A stretch of 64,000 bases of DNA from Gammaproteobacteria bacterium (lineage in GTDB: Bacteria > Pseudomonadota > Gammaproteobacteria > Eutrophobiales > Eutrophobiaceae): NCBI GenBank assembly GCA_965222155.1, contig CBDCTH010000012.1, positions 320,001 to 384,000 of the forward strand, read 5' to 3'. Each line of letters opens with the position of its first letter. Positions within the stretch are counted from its first letter, which is position 1. Of the stretch, positions 9,524-19,219 are shown piece by piece. Under the pieces are notes generated by a model. It did not search any database and was not told where the DNA came from. It worked only from the letters and a program-made list of their open reading frames with translations. The position numbers and the translations under genes were made by a program.

Positions 9524-11099
9524 CATTGGCGCCCGCAGAGGGCTGTTTATAAGCACGCAGCAGGTAGCCGTATACCATTGGGAGGATAATGACAGCAGCC
9601 ATTCCTCAGTGTTTGACGCGGGTGAAAAAGGCCGGCAAAACTTTCGGCGCTATCTGGCTGAAACAGCGGATATCCCGTTCTATGTGCTGGTGGACGTATT
9701 TGATGAAGAGTATCGTCAGGACACTATTCCGCATGTATCCCGGCGCGACCGGCAGGCGCTGCTCAAACGCAAGGCCGGACGTCTTTTCAAAGACACTTCT
9801 TATTGTTTTTACAAGGTGACGGGTCGGGAAACCGGGGGGCGCCGAAATGACCGGGTACTGCTGAGCGCGCTTGCCAATCCGGCCGTCATCAAACAGTGGG
9901 TTGCCCTTTTGGGTGAAGCCAAAGTGCCCCTGGCAGGCATCTGTTCACTACCTCTTTTTACGGGACAGTTGCTGAAACCCATAGCCGGTCGGAGTGACGG
10001 ACGTCGGCTGCTGGTCAGCATGCAAAGTATCAGCGGATTACGTCAGACTTATTTTGACAATGGGGAATTTCAGTTCAGTCGTCTGGTGCAGCTGCCCCGC
10101 GGCGAAACTGCGTCATATTTTCCACTCATTCGTGATGAAGTGGAAAAAATTCAGCGTTATCTGAACAGCCAGCGACCGCTTACCTCTGAGGAGCCGTTGT
10201 ATGTCCACTTTATCCTGGCCGGCGCCCTGTTACAGGAGTTGAAGTCTGCATACGCTCATCAGGAATCCGTAAGCTGCCACTTTTGCGACCTGAACAAACT
10301 TCTGGCTGAATCCGGTTCGCGCAAGACGGCGTCAACCCCCTTCAGTGACCTGTATTTCATGCGGCAGTTGTTGAAGATCAGGCCCGGGAATTGTTACTCC
10401 GGCGCCGCGGAAAGGCGTTATTTTTCCCTGCGGCGGTTACGCGACTCGGTAATGGTCGCCGGTATTGTGCTGTTACTCGGCAGCGCTAGCTGGAGCGGGC
10501 TGAATTTACTGGGCGGCATAGCCTTTAAACGGCAAAGCGTTGCGGCAAACGAACAGACGCAAGTGTACGCCGCGAAATATGAACTGGCCAGAAAGCGCCT
10601 CCCGGACACACCGGTTGAACCGTTAGACTTGAAAACGGCAGTCCGGATTGCGGATAGTTTGGCGCTATTCAAATCATCCCCAATAGACATGGTGTCCGTG
10701 CTCAGCGCCAGCCTGGATCGGTTTCCTTCCATACAGGTAAGTAAGCTGGTATGGGCTGCCTCTGATAATCCGCGCACAGCCCTTGATAACCCTCCGGATC
10801 GTGCGGATATACGGGTCGCATTGGATGTTTCCGGCGCCGACGCAGATGCAACGGTTTACCACGTGGCCTTGCTTAAAGGACGTATCGAACCGTTTAACGG
10901 TAATTTCAGGGAAGCCATGGACGCGATCAATCGACTTGCCGACGATCTGCGCGCGCGGGAGGCGGTGCATGATGTCAATATCGTTTCTTTGCCCCTTGAT
11001 GTCAGTTCCGGCACGGATTTGCAGGGTAATACGCAATCTCTTCAACGCCGGGCAGAATTTACCCTCAGGATCGTTCTGGAAAGCAGCAATGGGACCTGA
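9495..11099 (+). CDS. PilM/PilN(GspL)-like alignment subunit
   Basis: Operon position; large cytoplasmic N-domain, a single TM around aa 320-340, then a periplasmic C-domain. Start uncertain. Confidence 0.55.
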   Translation: MISLPISGYNIGARRGLFISTQQVAVYHWEDNDSSHSSVFDAGEKGRQNFRRYLAETADIPFYVLVDVFDEEYRQDTIPHVSRRDRQALLKRKAGRLFKDTSYCFYKVTGRETGGRRNDRVLLSALANPAVIKQWVALLGEAKVPLAGICSLPLFTGQLLKPIAGRSDGRRLLVSMQSISGLRQTYFDNGEFQFSRLVQLPRGETASYFPLIRDEVEKIQRYLNSQRPLTSEEPLYVHFILAGALLQELKSAYAHQESVSCHFCDLNKLLAESGSRKTASTPFSDLYFMRQLLKIRPGNCYSGAAERRYFSLRRLRDSVMVAGIVLLLGSASWSGLNLLGGIAFKRQSVAANEQTQVYAAKYELARKRLPDTPVEPLDLKTAVRIADSLALFKSSPIDMVSVLSASLDRFPSIQVSKLVWAASDNPRTALDNPPDRADIRVALDVSGADADATVYHVALLKGRIEPFNGNFREAMDAINRLADDLRAREAVHDVNIVSLPLDVSSGTDLQGNTQSLQRRAEFTLRIVLESSNGT

Positions 11100-11709
11100 A
11101 AATATGGACTGGCCGTATTTGCGTGGCGCCGTGACGGTGTTTATCAGCGTCACTACACTCAGTGTCTCGTTGCTGGCGGCAAGCGCTTATTTTGAGAGTC
11201 AGATGGAACAGGAATACCGGCACAACAGTGAACAGCTGCGCGCGCTCAGCCGCCGTTACCTGGCGGTGGATGAGGAAGAGAATGTAATAAAAGATTATTT
11301 CCCCCGGTTTATGGACCTGTATAACACCGGCCTGTTGGGCAAGGAGCAAAGGTTGAACTGGATTGAAGTCCTGCAGGACGCGGGAGACAGACTTCAACTA
11401 CCATCCCTGAGCTATGAGATAAGAGCGCAGAAACACCATCTTCCAGAGTTTCCGACCCCTCCGGGCAGGTATGACATCTTTGTCAGTGAAATGACCCTGA
11501 CTATGCAATTGCTGCATGAAGGGGATTTATTTGCATTGCTGAACCTGTTGAATGAACGGGCCAAGGGCCTCTACACCGTTTCGGGTTGTGAATTAACGCG
11601 CAATTTTGTGGAACTGACGGATAACCCGGGAGCCGGCAACGTAACTGCAACCTGTCTGCTGAAATGGTTTTCCATCAGGCTGACGGATGACTCGGAGATT
11701 AAGGCATGA
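11089..11709 (+). CDS. PilO/GspM-like protein
   Basis: ATG at 11089 (MGPENMDW); N-terminal TM followed by a coiled coil; operon position. Confidence 0.55.
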   Translation: MGPENMDWPYLRGAVTVFISVTTLSVSLLAASAYFESQMEQEYRHNSEQLRALSRRYLAVDEEENVIKDYFPRFMDLYNTGLLGKEQRLNWIEVLQDAGDRLQLPSLSYEIRAQKHHLPEFPTPPGRYDIFVSEMTLTMQLLHEGDLFALLNLLNERAKGLYTVSGCELTRNFVELTDNPGAGNVTATCLLKWFSIRLTDDSEIKA

Positions 11710-12230
11710 GCTTGATTAAATGGTGGCCGTCCGGAGTAACCGGAAGGTGGATAATTATTGCAACGTTTTCCATGTCCGGCTATTGCTGTTCGGCCGATGA
11801 ACAACAATTCGGACGATTGTTTACCACCCGGGAGGAGCGCCAACGGCTTCAGGAGGTCAGGGAGGAAAACATGCAGACCACAAGTGGCCGGGATAACAGC
11901 GGCGCCGGTACTCAGGGAAAGCTCGGGAAAGATAGAGCCAGGCAAGCACAGGCCGGAATATTCCGCGGGCCGGAAGAGAGCAATGGGGATTTACCGGTTA
12001 TTACCCTCAAAGGCGTGATTTATAAAAAGGACAGGGCACGAATGGCTTGGGTCAATGCAAAGGAAGGCACTGCGGCTCTGGATTACCGGGAACTGGAATC
12101 AGGGCAGATACTCGATAACGAGGTCAGCATCCGTGTGCCGATGATCGGTAAATCAGTGAAATTAAAACCCGGGCAGTCTTATCACCTGCATTCCGGCGCT
12201 GTCACAGACCTGAAGGATGAGGCTCCGTGA
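11706..12230 (+). CDS. Pilus-cluster exported protein (PilP/MshK-like)
   Basis: Signal-like N-terminus; GRLFTTREER and LKPGQ motifs; 4-bp overlaps with both neighbours. Confidence 0.5.
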   Translation: MSLIKWWPSGVTGRWIIIATFSMSGYCCSADEQQFGRLFTTREERQRLQEVREENMQTTSGRDNSGAGTQGKLGKDRARQAQAGIFRGPEESNGDLPVITLKGVIYKKDRARMAWVNAKEGTAALDYRELESGQILDNEVSIRVPMIGKSVKLKPGQSYHLHSGAVTDLKDEAP

Positions 12231-15200
12231 AATATGCAGGTCCAAACACGGGTCCGGGCTTTCGATCATCGACAGGCGCGGTGTTGCTGGCTTTCATGCT
12301 GGCGCTGATCCTCAGTTCAAGCTGGCTGTTGCTGTCTGACTTGAACGGGCACACTCAAGTTTATGTTCGCCGTTCAGACAGCCGGCTCGCGTTGAACCGG
12401 GCAAAACAGGCCTTGTTGCACTACGCGATGAATTATCCCGACTTGCGCATCAACCCGGACAAAGGCCCGGGATTTTTACCCTGTCCCGACCGGAATAACG
12501 ACGGCCGGCCGGAAACGAATTGCGCGCTGAGTACCGGGACGACGTTGGGCCGATTGCCGTTTACCATACTGGGACTCGATGACCCGCGCGATAGCAGCAG
12601 TGAACGATTATGGTATGCCTTGTCGCCGGATTTCAAGAACAGCCAATCCAACCAGGCGGTTATCAACAGTGAAACGCCCGGACAACTCAGTGTTGATGGC
12701 GTGGATGACGTGGTAGCGGTTGTCATCGCTGCGGGCGCGCCTGTCTCCAATCAATATGCCCGCCCGAGCAATGATGCTGTCGATTACCTGGAAGGTGATA
12801 ATAGCAACATCAGTAATGGTGCATTTTCTACGACCGCCGGCAATGATCAGTTGGTAATCATCAACCGCGCGCAACTGATGTCGGTGCTGGAACGACGCGT
12901 GGTCAATGAAATGCGTGCAGTACTTGCGCGCTATAGAGCAGAGCATTCCGCGTACCCCTGGCTGACACCGTTTGCCGACCCCCATGCCGATAACCGGGTA
13001 TTACGCGGCGCCCATACCGGGGATGATGAGGCAAGCATACTCTCCGATACACGCAAAGATTTCAATGTGTGGGGAGTCAGACCCAACGACCTTGTCAGGA
13101 ATGTTACGGACGGCTCAGTTGCCGTTGTGAAAGTGGTAAATAAAAAAACGCTGGAAGTGGTCGGCCATGGAACGGGCAGGGAAAACGATTTTGATAAAGG
13201 GGACGTTTATTTTATCGAACTGCGCGGTCTTGCACACACCTTGTCAGGTATGGCCACTACCGGCAGCAGGGATTTCATCCTTAAGGATACCAGCCGCAAC
13301 TTCAAGAAGTTCGGCATTGTGCCCGGAGACGTGATAGAAAATCTGAGTGATGGTTCCAGTGGAACGATCAGCGCCGTGAGCAGGACGGAGTTAACGCTGG
13401 GCAGGCTCAGTGGCGGGTTAGAGAATGATTTCGACCTCGGCGACCTTTACCGCCTGCGCGCCAATACCGGCGTTGCCGGGCCGGGCAGCCTGGGCTTGAC
13501 TTTGATTGACCCCCGGGTGGACTTCATTGCCAGGGGGATTGTCAACGGTGATGTGGTGGAGAACCTGAGCGATCGTTCAGTTGGTCGCGTGGACAGCGTT
13601 GGCGGCCCGACGCTGCTGACCGTGTCCGGCCTGAATTTCGGCAGGAATAACCAATTCAGAGAAAATGACGTTTACCGGTTGCCTCGATACAATGCCGGGA
13701 ACCACATCAGGAAAGGCTTGTTGTCTGTCCATGAACCAGGCAAGCGTTTTCCCACCGGTTTTCAGGTGGAGTGGAGGGTTCCTTTCCTTGACCGTTACGT
13801 GATCACGGGGTTTACCCCGGATACGCAATCCGGGTATGCCGCGGCAGTTATTCAAGCGCTGCAATCTTCGACGCCCGCAGGAACCATCAACGCCAATCGC
13901 GAAAACGGGTATTGTGTCTGGCTCAATGCGCAGGTGGTCGAGTGTACGGGCGCCGGCGTTGCGATACCCCTCCTGGATGGGAGCGCGAGCCCCGGGTCAT
14001 CAGCCTCCGTCCTGGTGGACGCGGCGCAGGATTTCATCTCGGCCGGAATAAAACCGGGCGACCTGATCGAACAGCCGCACGCTGCGGTCGTTACCCGGGT
14101 CACTTCCTCAACGGCATTGAACCTCGGGCAGTTATCGCCCGCGCCCCTCGTCCTGGCTGATGGTGAATATTATCGCATCCGGGCAGCTACCCGGTCTTTG
14201 AATGGTACTGCCGGCGCTCCCGCTAGCGACCGGTTGCAGGACTTGAATCGGAACTTCAGTGCGGCGGGTGTACTGGCTGGCGATATCGTGGAAAACGCAA
14301 GCGACGGTTCCTTTGGCCTGGTTACCGGTGTCAGTGGTTCAAACATCAGCACAACACTGTATGGCGGAGGGGATAATTCCTTTCAGGCAGGTGATGAATA
14401 CAATGTGTACTACGCGTATGTAAACCGGCGCCGCTACCGCTTCAACCTGCGTTATCAGGGAGACCTGGGTATCCACTCAGCCGACGGCATCCGCCGGCGT
14501 GACGTGTGCCGGGGTTATGGCGTCGATTGTGCAGACAGCCCGGTTGCCGCCACCCTGCCGTATCACGAAAGCGGTATCAGTGGTACGGCCAGTTCCGCTA
14601 CAACCGGTCTCACCCTGGAAGATGTCAGCGCAGACTTTCTTCAACTCGACGTTGTCCCTGGTGATACGCTTTTTAATACGACCGACGGTTCGGCGGGGAT
14701 GGTTGTGGCGATCAGCCGCCATTTCCTGACAGCCGGGGCGCTTGAAGGCGGTCACGATAACGATTTTGATGCAGGTGACAGCTATCGGGTCAGCAGACCG
14801 CTGCTGATCATCGAAGATTTACGTGATGCAAGCGTCGTAGCCAGGACCGGGTTGACTGTGCTGCCCGGTGGCGCCCCCGGTTCCATTCGCACGAGCGGCA
14901 TAGATTATTTCTTATCCGAGTCGCCCGAAGGACTACCGGCCTGGTTCATAAAAAATAAATGGCACCACCTCCTGTACATTGCTTACAGCGCCGGGTCTAC
15001 CCCCGGTGGCGCCGGCCATTGCACGGCTGGGGTTGATTGTCTGGTTATACAAGGCCATGCCGAAGACACGGAAGCGTTGGTGGTCTCTGCCGGGATGACC
15101 CTGGCAGCACAGGATCGTTCGACCGGTTCCATTACCGATTATTATGAAGGAGAAAATGCAACATTGTCCGGCAACGATATTTTCAGCGGCGCTGGAATCA

Positions 15201-15241
15201 TTGCAAGCTTCAACGACCAGTTAGCCGTTGTCGAACCCTGA
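12227..15241 (+). CDS. Large PilX/GspK-like minor pilin or adhesin with six internal ~70-aa repeats
   Basis: Atypical class III signal G|AVLLAFML; AKQALLHYA, LPCPD and GRLPF segments resemble the neighbouring pilin; six L-x-D-x4-F-x3-G...GD repeats. Confidence 0.7.
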   Translation: MKYAGPNTGPGFRSSTGAVLLAFMLALILSSSWLLLSDLNGHTQVYVRRSDSRLALNRAKQALLHYAMNYPDLRINPDKGPGFLPCPDRNNDGRPETNCALSTGTTLGRLPFTILGLDDPRDSSSERLWYALSPDFKNSQSNQAVINSETPGQLSVDGVDDVVAVVIAAGAPVSNQYARPSNDAVDYLEGDNSNISNGAFSTTAGNDQLVIINRAQLMSVLERRVVNEMRAVLARYRAEHSAYPWLTPFADPHADNRVLRGAHTGDDEASILSDTRKDFNVWGVRPNDLVRNVTDGSVAVVKVVNKKTLEVVGHGTGRENDFDKGDVYFIELRGLAHTLSGMATTGSRDFILKDTSRNFKKFGIVPGDVIENLSDGSSGTISAVSRTELTLGRLSGGLENDFDLGDLYRLRANTGVAGPGSLGLTLIDPRVDFIARGIVNGDVVENLSDRSVGRVDSVGGPTLLTVSGLNFGRNNQFRENDVYRLPRYNAGNHIRKGLLSVHEPGKRFPTGFQVEWRVPFLDRYVITGFTPDTQSGYAAAVIQALQSSTPAGTINANRENGYCVWLNAQVVECTGAGVAIPLLDGSASPGSSASVLVDAAQDFISAGIKPGDLIEQPHAAVVTRVTSSTALNLGQLSPAPLVLADGEYYRIRAATRSLNGTAGAPASDRLQDLNRNFSAAGVLAGDIVENASDGSFGLVTGVSGSNISTTLYGGGDNSFQAGDEYNVYYAYVNRRRYRFNLRYQGDLGIHSADGIRRRDVCRGYGVDCADSPVAATLPYHESGISGTASSATTGLTLEDVSADFLQLDVVPGDTLFNTTDGSAGMVVAISRHFLTAGALEGGHDNDFDAGDSYRVSRPLLIIEDLRDASVVARTGLTVLPGGAPGSIRTSGIDYFLSESPEGLPAWFIKNKWHHLLYIAYSAGSTPGGAGHCTAGVDCLVIQGHAEDTEALVVSAGMTLAAQDRSTGSITDYYEGENATLSGNDIFSGAGIIASFNDQLAVVEP

Positions 15242-15269
15242 AATACATTGTTGCAGAGGGCCGCAAACT

Positions 15270-16016
15270 ATGATGAACAGGCAACCAGGATTCTCCCTGC
15301 TCGAGCTTGCGATTGGGTTGATGATCATCGCGCTGGTGCTGGGTGGGATGCTTAATCCCCTGGGTTCCCTGCTGGAAGCAAAACAGCGGGCCAGGGTGGA
15401 GATTGAACTGGAACGGACCAGGGAAGCGTTGGCAGGTTTCGCCATGATAAACGGCTATCTTCCCTGTCCGGCAACGACCACAGACCCGGACAGCGATAAT
15501 TATGGTCTTGAAGACGCCGCCTGTAACAGTGTTCCGACGGCGGAGGGATATATCCCCTGGCGAACCCTGAGCGTGCCGGAGGTTGATCCGTGGGGAGTCC
15601 CGAGAAGCGCGGATACCGACTCGTTTAATGGTTATTGGCGTTACCGTGTTGATCGTAATTTCAGCAATTCCGCAGAGTTGTTCACCATGAAGACGGTATT
15701 GGCCGATAACCTGAGCGTTGTAGACAGCCGGGGTAAGCTGTTGACTGCGCCCACGGAAACCCCGGTAGCGATTATCTTTTCCACCGGCGCAAACCTGACC
15801 CCGGATGGAGAAAACACCCCTTTTGAAGGCGCGCCCTGTGGCAACGCCAGTGGTTATGATATGGGAAGCGGAACATCCTGCCCCGACGGCGAGCCCTTGT
15901 ACCAGGGCGGCGCTGTGTCCGGAACCGGCACTGGCGCCGTTTTTGATGACGTGCTGGTGTGGATGGCACGGCCGCGCCTGTTCAACAGGATGGTTACGGC
16001 AGGCCGGTTACCGTGA
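15270..16016 (+). CDS. Type IV prepilin-like protein
   Basis: MMNRQPG|FSLLELAIGLMII prepilin cleavage/methylation motif with E5. Confidence 0.9.
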   Translation: MMNRQPGFSLLELAIGLMIIALVLGGMLNPLGSLLEAKQRARVEIELERTREALAGFAMINGYLPCPATTTDPDSDNYGLEDAACNSVPTAEGYIPWRTLSVPEVDPWGVPRSADTDSFNGYWRYRVDRNFSNSAELFTMKTVLADNLSVVDSRGKLLTAPTETPVAIIFSTGANLTPDGENTPFEGAPCGNASGYDMGSGTSCPDGEPLYQGGAVSGTGTGAVFDDVLVWMARPRLFNRMVTAGRLP

Positions 16017-16064
16017 AACCTTCCACCGGCAAACAGCGGGAGCTTCTCCGATAAGGAGTACATA

Positions 16065-16829
16065 GTGATGTACATGTCCACAATAGCCCGTTTTACTTTG
16101 CTTGAAGCCGCACGCCGTCATTTATTTATTATGATGATTGCAGTTGTGTTCGGTCTGGTCGGACTTGCGGAATTCATTGGTGAATTAAGCATCACGGAAA
16201 CCAGGCAGGTCCAGGCGGTTGTTACGGCCTCTTTACTGCGTGTCTTCTCGGTTTGCGTTATCTGCCTGTTTGTCATAAGCAGTGTATTGAGAGAACTGAA
16301 TGACAAAGGTCTGGAAATCATTTTGTCCCTGCCCATACCCAGGTACGCGTACCTGTTTGGTAAATTATTCGGATTTGCCGGCCTGTCATTATCCATTTGC
16401 GTCATGGCCGGTTTGCCGTTGTTGCTGTATGCGCCTGCCGTCCGGGCCGGCTTCTGGCTTCTTTCCCTGTTCTGTGAACACCTGTTGATAATCTCCCTCA
16501 GTCTCGTCTGCCTGCTGACGTTTTCCAATATCACTATATCGTTCATTTCAGTGATGGCGTTTTACCTGTTGTCACGCAGCATGGAGGCGATTTGTCTGTT
16601 AAGCGCCGACCCGATTTTGGCGACCGGCGCCGTTTCGCAGGACTTTGTACATTTCCTGGTGAATGTATTTGCATTGGTGCTGCCCGACCTGAATGCGTTT
16701 GCCCGAAGCGACTGGCTGGTCTATGGAGTCGATTTCGCAGATTTGCGGGCAGTGTTGATGCAAACCCTGCTGTACCTTACCGTCTTATCGTCAGCCGGCC
16801 TGTTCGACTTGTATCGAAAGAATTTGTAA
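16065..16829 (+). CDS. ABC-2 type permease (PilI/Xap-like)
   Basis: About six TM segments; ILSLPIPRYAYLFGK motif; location in the pilus cluster. Confidence 0.8.
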   Translation: MMYMSTIARFTLLEAARRHLFIMMIAVVFGLVGLAEFIGELSITETRQVQAVVTASLLRVFSVCVICLFVISSVLRELNDKGLEIILSLPIPRYAYLFGKLFGFAGLSLSICVMAGLPLLLYAPAVRAGFWLLSLFCEHLLIISLSLVCLLTFSNITISFISVMAFYLLSRSMEAICLLSADPILATGAVSQDFVHFLVNVFALVLPDLNAFARSDWLVYGVDFADLRAVLMQTLLYLTVLSSAGLFDLYRKNL

Positions 16830-16838
16830 TCGGACGCC

Positions 16839-17591
16839 ATGAACCTGTCAGGAAGACTAACGGGAAGGGACGACAGCACGAGGCCGCTGTCAACGGTCCC
16901 GCTTGCCGTTCGGGCAGTATTGATTACGAGTTTATTGCTCCAGGTATCCTGGAGCTATACCCGGTCGCAGGATGTTGCGACGACATACGCCCTGCCGGAC
17001 GCGCCGGATACCAGGCTGCTGCGCTTATCCGCCATGGGAGACCAGGTAACGCTGGCAAAGGTCCTGATGCTGCGGCTACAGGCTTTCGATAATCAGCCGG
17101 GCATCAGCATCCCGTTCGCCGAACTGGATTACGCCAGGGTCATAAACTGGCTGGACGCGCTGCTCGGCCTCGACAACCGGTTTCAATATCCGCTGTTATC
17201 CGCCAGCCGCGTGTACACGGAAACGCCGGATAACGGCAGGAAGAGACAAATGCTTGAGTTTGTCCACCGGCGCTTTCTTGAAGACCCCGACCGGCGCTGG
17301 CCCTGGATGGCCCACGCGGTATATGTTGCCAAACACCGCATCAAGGACCTGCAACTGGCTTTGAAGTATGCCGAGGCCCTGCGTCTGAACGTGAGTAATG
17401 ACGCGGCGCCCCCCTGGGTAACGCAAATGGAGATATACGTACTGGAAGACCTGGGAGAACTTGAGAGCGCCCGGATAATTATCGGCGGCCTGCTGGAGAG
17501 CGGAAAACTGGCAGGCAATGACAATGAACTGCGATTTCTGAAAAACAAGCTGGCGCAACTGCAATTGAAAAAGCGGGGAAGCAGCCCATAA
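16839..17591 (+). CDS. Pilus/ABC-associated membrane protein (PilG/Xap-like)
   Basis: N-terminal TM and a helical body (LDNRFQYP); adjacent to the permease. Family inferred from context. Confidence 0.45.
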   Translation: MNLSGRLTGRDDSTRPLSTVPLAVRAVLITSLLLQVSWSYTRSQDVATTYALPDAPDTRLLRLSAMGDQVTLAKVLMLRLQAFDNQPGISIPFAELDYARVINWLDALLGLDNRFQYPLLSASRVYTETPDNGRKRQMLEFVHRRFLEDPDRRWPWMAHAVYVAKHRIKDLQLALKYAEALRLNVSNDAAPPWVTQMEIYVLEDLGELESARIIIGGLLESGKLAGNDNELRFLKNKLAQLQLKKRGSSP

Positions 17592-17657
17592 CCTGCAATA
17601 TTGAGTCGTCCAATAATACATTGATATTTGTATCGCATACGTTACAATATTTCTAAC

Positions 17658-17981
17658 ATGGAAGTTGTCCATTACACGGATCAAGACGGAAAGGACCTTA
17701 TTGACTGGTGGTTCCATACTCTGCGGGATCAAAGGGCTGTTGCCAGAATAGCTGCCAGGATTGAGCGCCTGGAACTTGGTTTGCTTGGCGACTGCAAATA
17801 TCTCAGAGAAGGTGTAAGCGAATTGCGGATAGACTATGGTCCCGGCTATAGGATTTATTTTTTGCGGATTAGCATTTCCGGCATATTGCTTCTCAATGGA
17901 GGTAGGAAATCCACCCAGAAAACAGATATCAAAATGGCAAGGGAAAGATTGAAAAAATGGTTGGGCCGACAACCTGGTTGA
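17658..17981 (+). CDS. RelE/ParE-family toxin (addiction module killer type)
   Basis: GDCKYLREGVSELRIDYGPGYRIYF, LLLNGGRKSTQ. Confidence 0.9.
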   Translation: MEVVHYTDQDGKDLIDWWFHTLRDQRAVARIAARIERLELGLLGDCKYLREGVSELRIDYGPGYRIYFLRISISGILLLNGGRKSTQKTDIKMARERLKKWLGRQPG

Positions 17982-17985
17982 TTAC

Positions 17986-18279
17986 ATGAATATGAAAACC
18001 GTAAAACATAACGAGTGGTTGTACAAGAAGCTGACAGACCCCGATTTTGCCGCACAATACCTGACTGCGGCTGCAGAAGACAAAGAACCGGCTGTTTTTT
18101 TGCAGGCCCTTCGTAAAATCGCAGAAACACAGGGGATGTCACAGGTTGCGGACAGAGTGGGGATCCCCAGGGAAAGCCTCTACCGCGCTCTTTCCGAAAA
18201 AGGAAATCCGCGCTGGTCAACATTGGCCCCAATTGTACGCGCCTTAGGCATGAAACTCGAAGCCAATCCGAATTTATAG
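17986..18279 (+). CDS. Addiction module antidote (HTH antitoxin)
   Basis: GMSQVA...RESLYRALSEKGNP; directly after the toxin. Confidence 0.9.
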   Translation: MNMKTVKHNEWLYKKLTDPDFAAQYLTAAAEDKEPAVFLQALRKIAETQGMSQVADRVGIPRESLYRALSEKGNPRWSTLAPIVRALGMKLEANPNL

Positions 18280-18382
18280 AGACTTTTCTTTTTTATTTTG
18301 TTTATTTCGTTGTGTTAATGGTTGTACCGAGGTTGGGAGCAGAGCTCCCATAAATTAATGGAAATTCATGGAGGATAACTTT

Positions 18383-19183
18383 ATGGAAACACGTAAACAG
18401 TCAGGTTTTACCCTGGTGGAAATCGCTATCGTCCTGGTCCTGATCGGACTCCTGCTGGGCGGCATCCTGAAAGGTCAGCAATTGATCAGCAGCGCCAGGG
18501 TGCGCAATATGGCTGACCAGAATTCCGGCATCCAGGCCGCGTATTACGGATTTATTGACCGCTTCCGGCAAGTTCCGGGCGATATGCCTGCAGCGCTGGC
18601 CTGTAGGGCCATCACGGCTGAAGTGGATGCCAACTGTGGCGGAACTCCTACCATAGGCGGCAACCAGAATGGGCGGATTGACCAGTGGGAGGAAGCCGGT
18701 GCAGCCTGGGCGCACCTGGCTCATTCCCGCCTCCTCAATGGGAGTTACAACGGGAATACCACCACGGCTGCACAGTATGAGTCCGGTGTATTGACGGGGC
18801 AAGTGCCGGGCAATGCCTTTCAGCAACCCGTCCTGCTGGGGTTTACCGATGATTATGACGACGGCGGCGCCATGGCCGGGTCAACCGTGCGTTTGGCTTA
18901 CGTGTTCGGGGCTGGCGTTACCCCGACCCTGTTGCGCGAGTTGGACGTAAAACTGGATGACGGCGACCCGGGCAGCGGGGTAGTACGCGGTACGGTGAAT
19001 ACGGCAAAAACCGGCGAGAGTATAGTGGGGGGCGATGATTTCGGTGCAGGGACGCCGGGGAGTGAAGTCATACTCTGGTCATCCGCGACCGGCGCCCCCT
19101 GCATCAATAATGCGGATGCGACGGGTTCTTACTGGAATGTGGACAGTGACAACACCCGCTGTAATGCGCTGTTCCTGTACTGA
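18383..19183 (+). CDS. Type IV prepilin (probable major pilin)
   Basis: METRKQSG|FTLVEIAIVLVLIGLLLGGILKG; GGAGG RBS upstream; C-terminal Cys pair. Confidence 0.9.
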   Translation: METRKQSGFTLVEIAIVLVLIGLLLGGILKGQQLISSARVRNMADQNSGIQAAYYGFIDRFRQVPGDMPAALACRAITAEVDANCGGTPTIGGNQNGRIDQWEEAGAAWAHLAHSRLLNGSYNGNTTTAAQYESGVLTGQVPGNAFQQPVLLGFTDDYDDGGAMAGSTVRLAYVFGAGVTPTLLRELDVKLDDGDPGSGVVRGTVNTAKTGESIVGGDDFGAGTPGSEVILWSSATGAPCINNADATGSYWNVDSDNTRCNALFLY

Positions 19184-19219
19184 CCCGGTCATCAGCCGAC
19201 GCAAGGAGCGGATCAAGCC

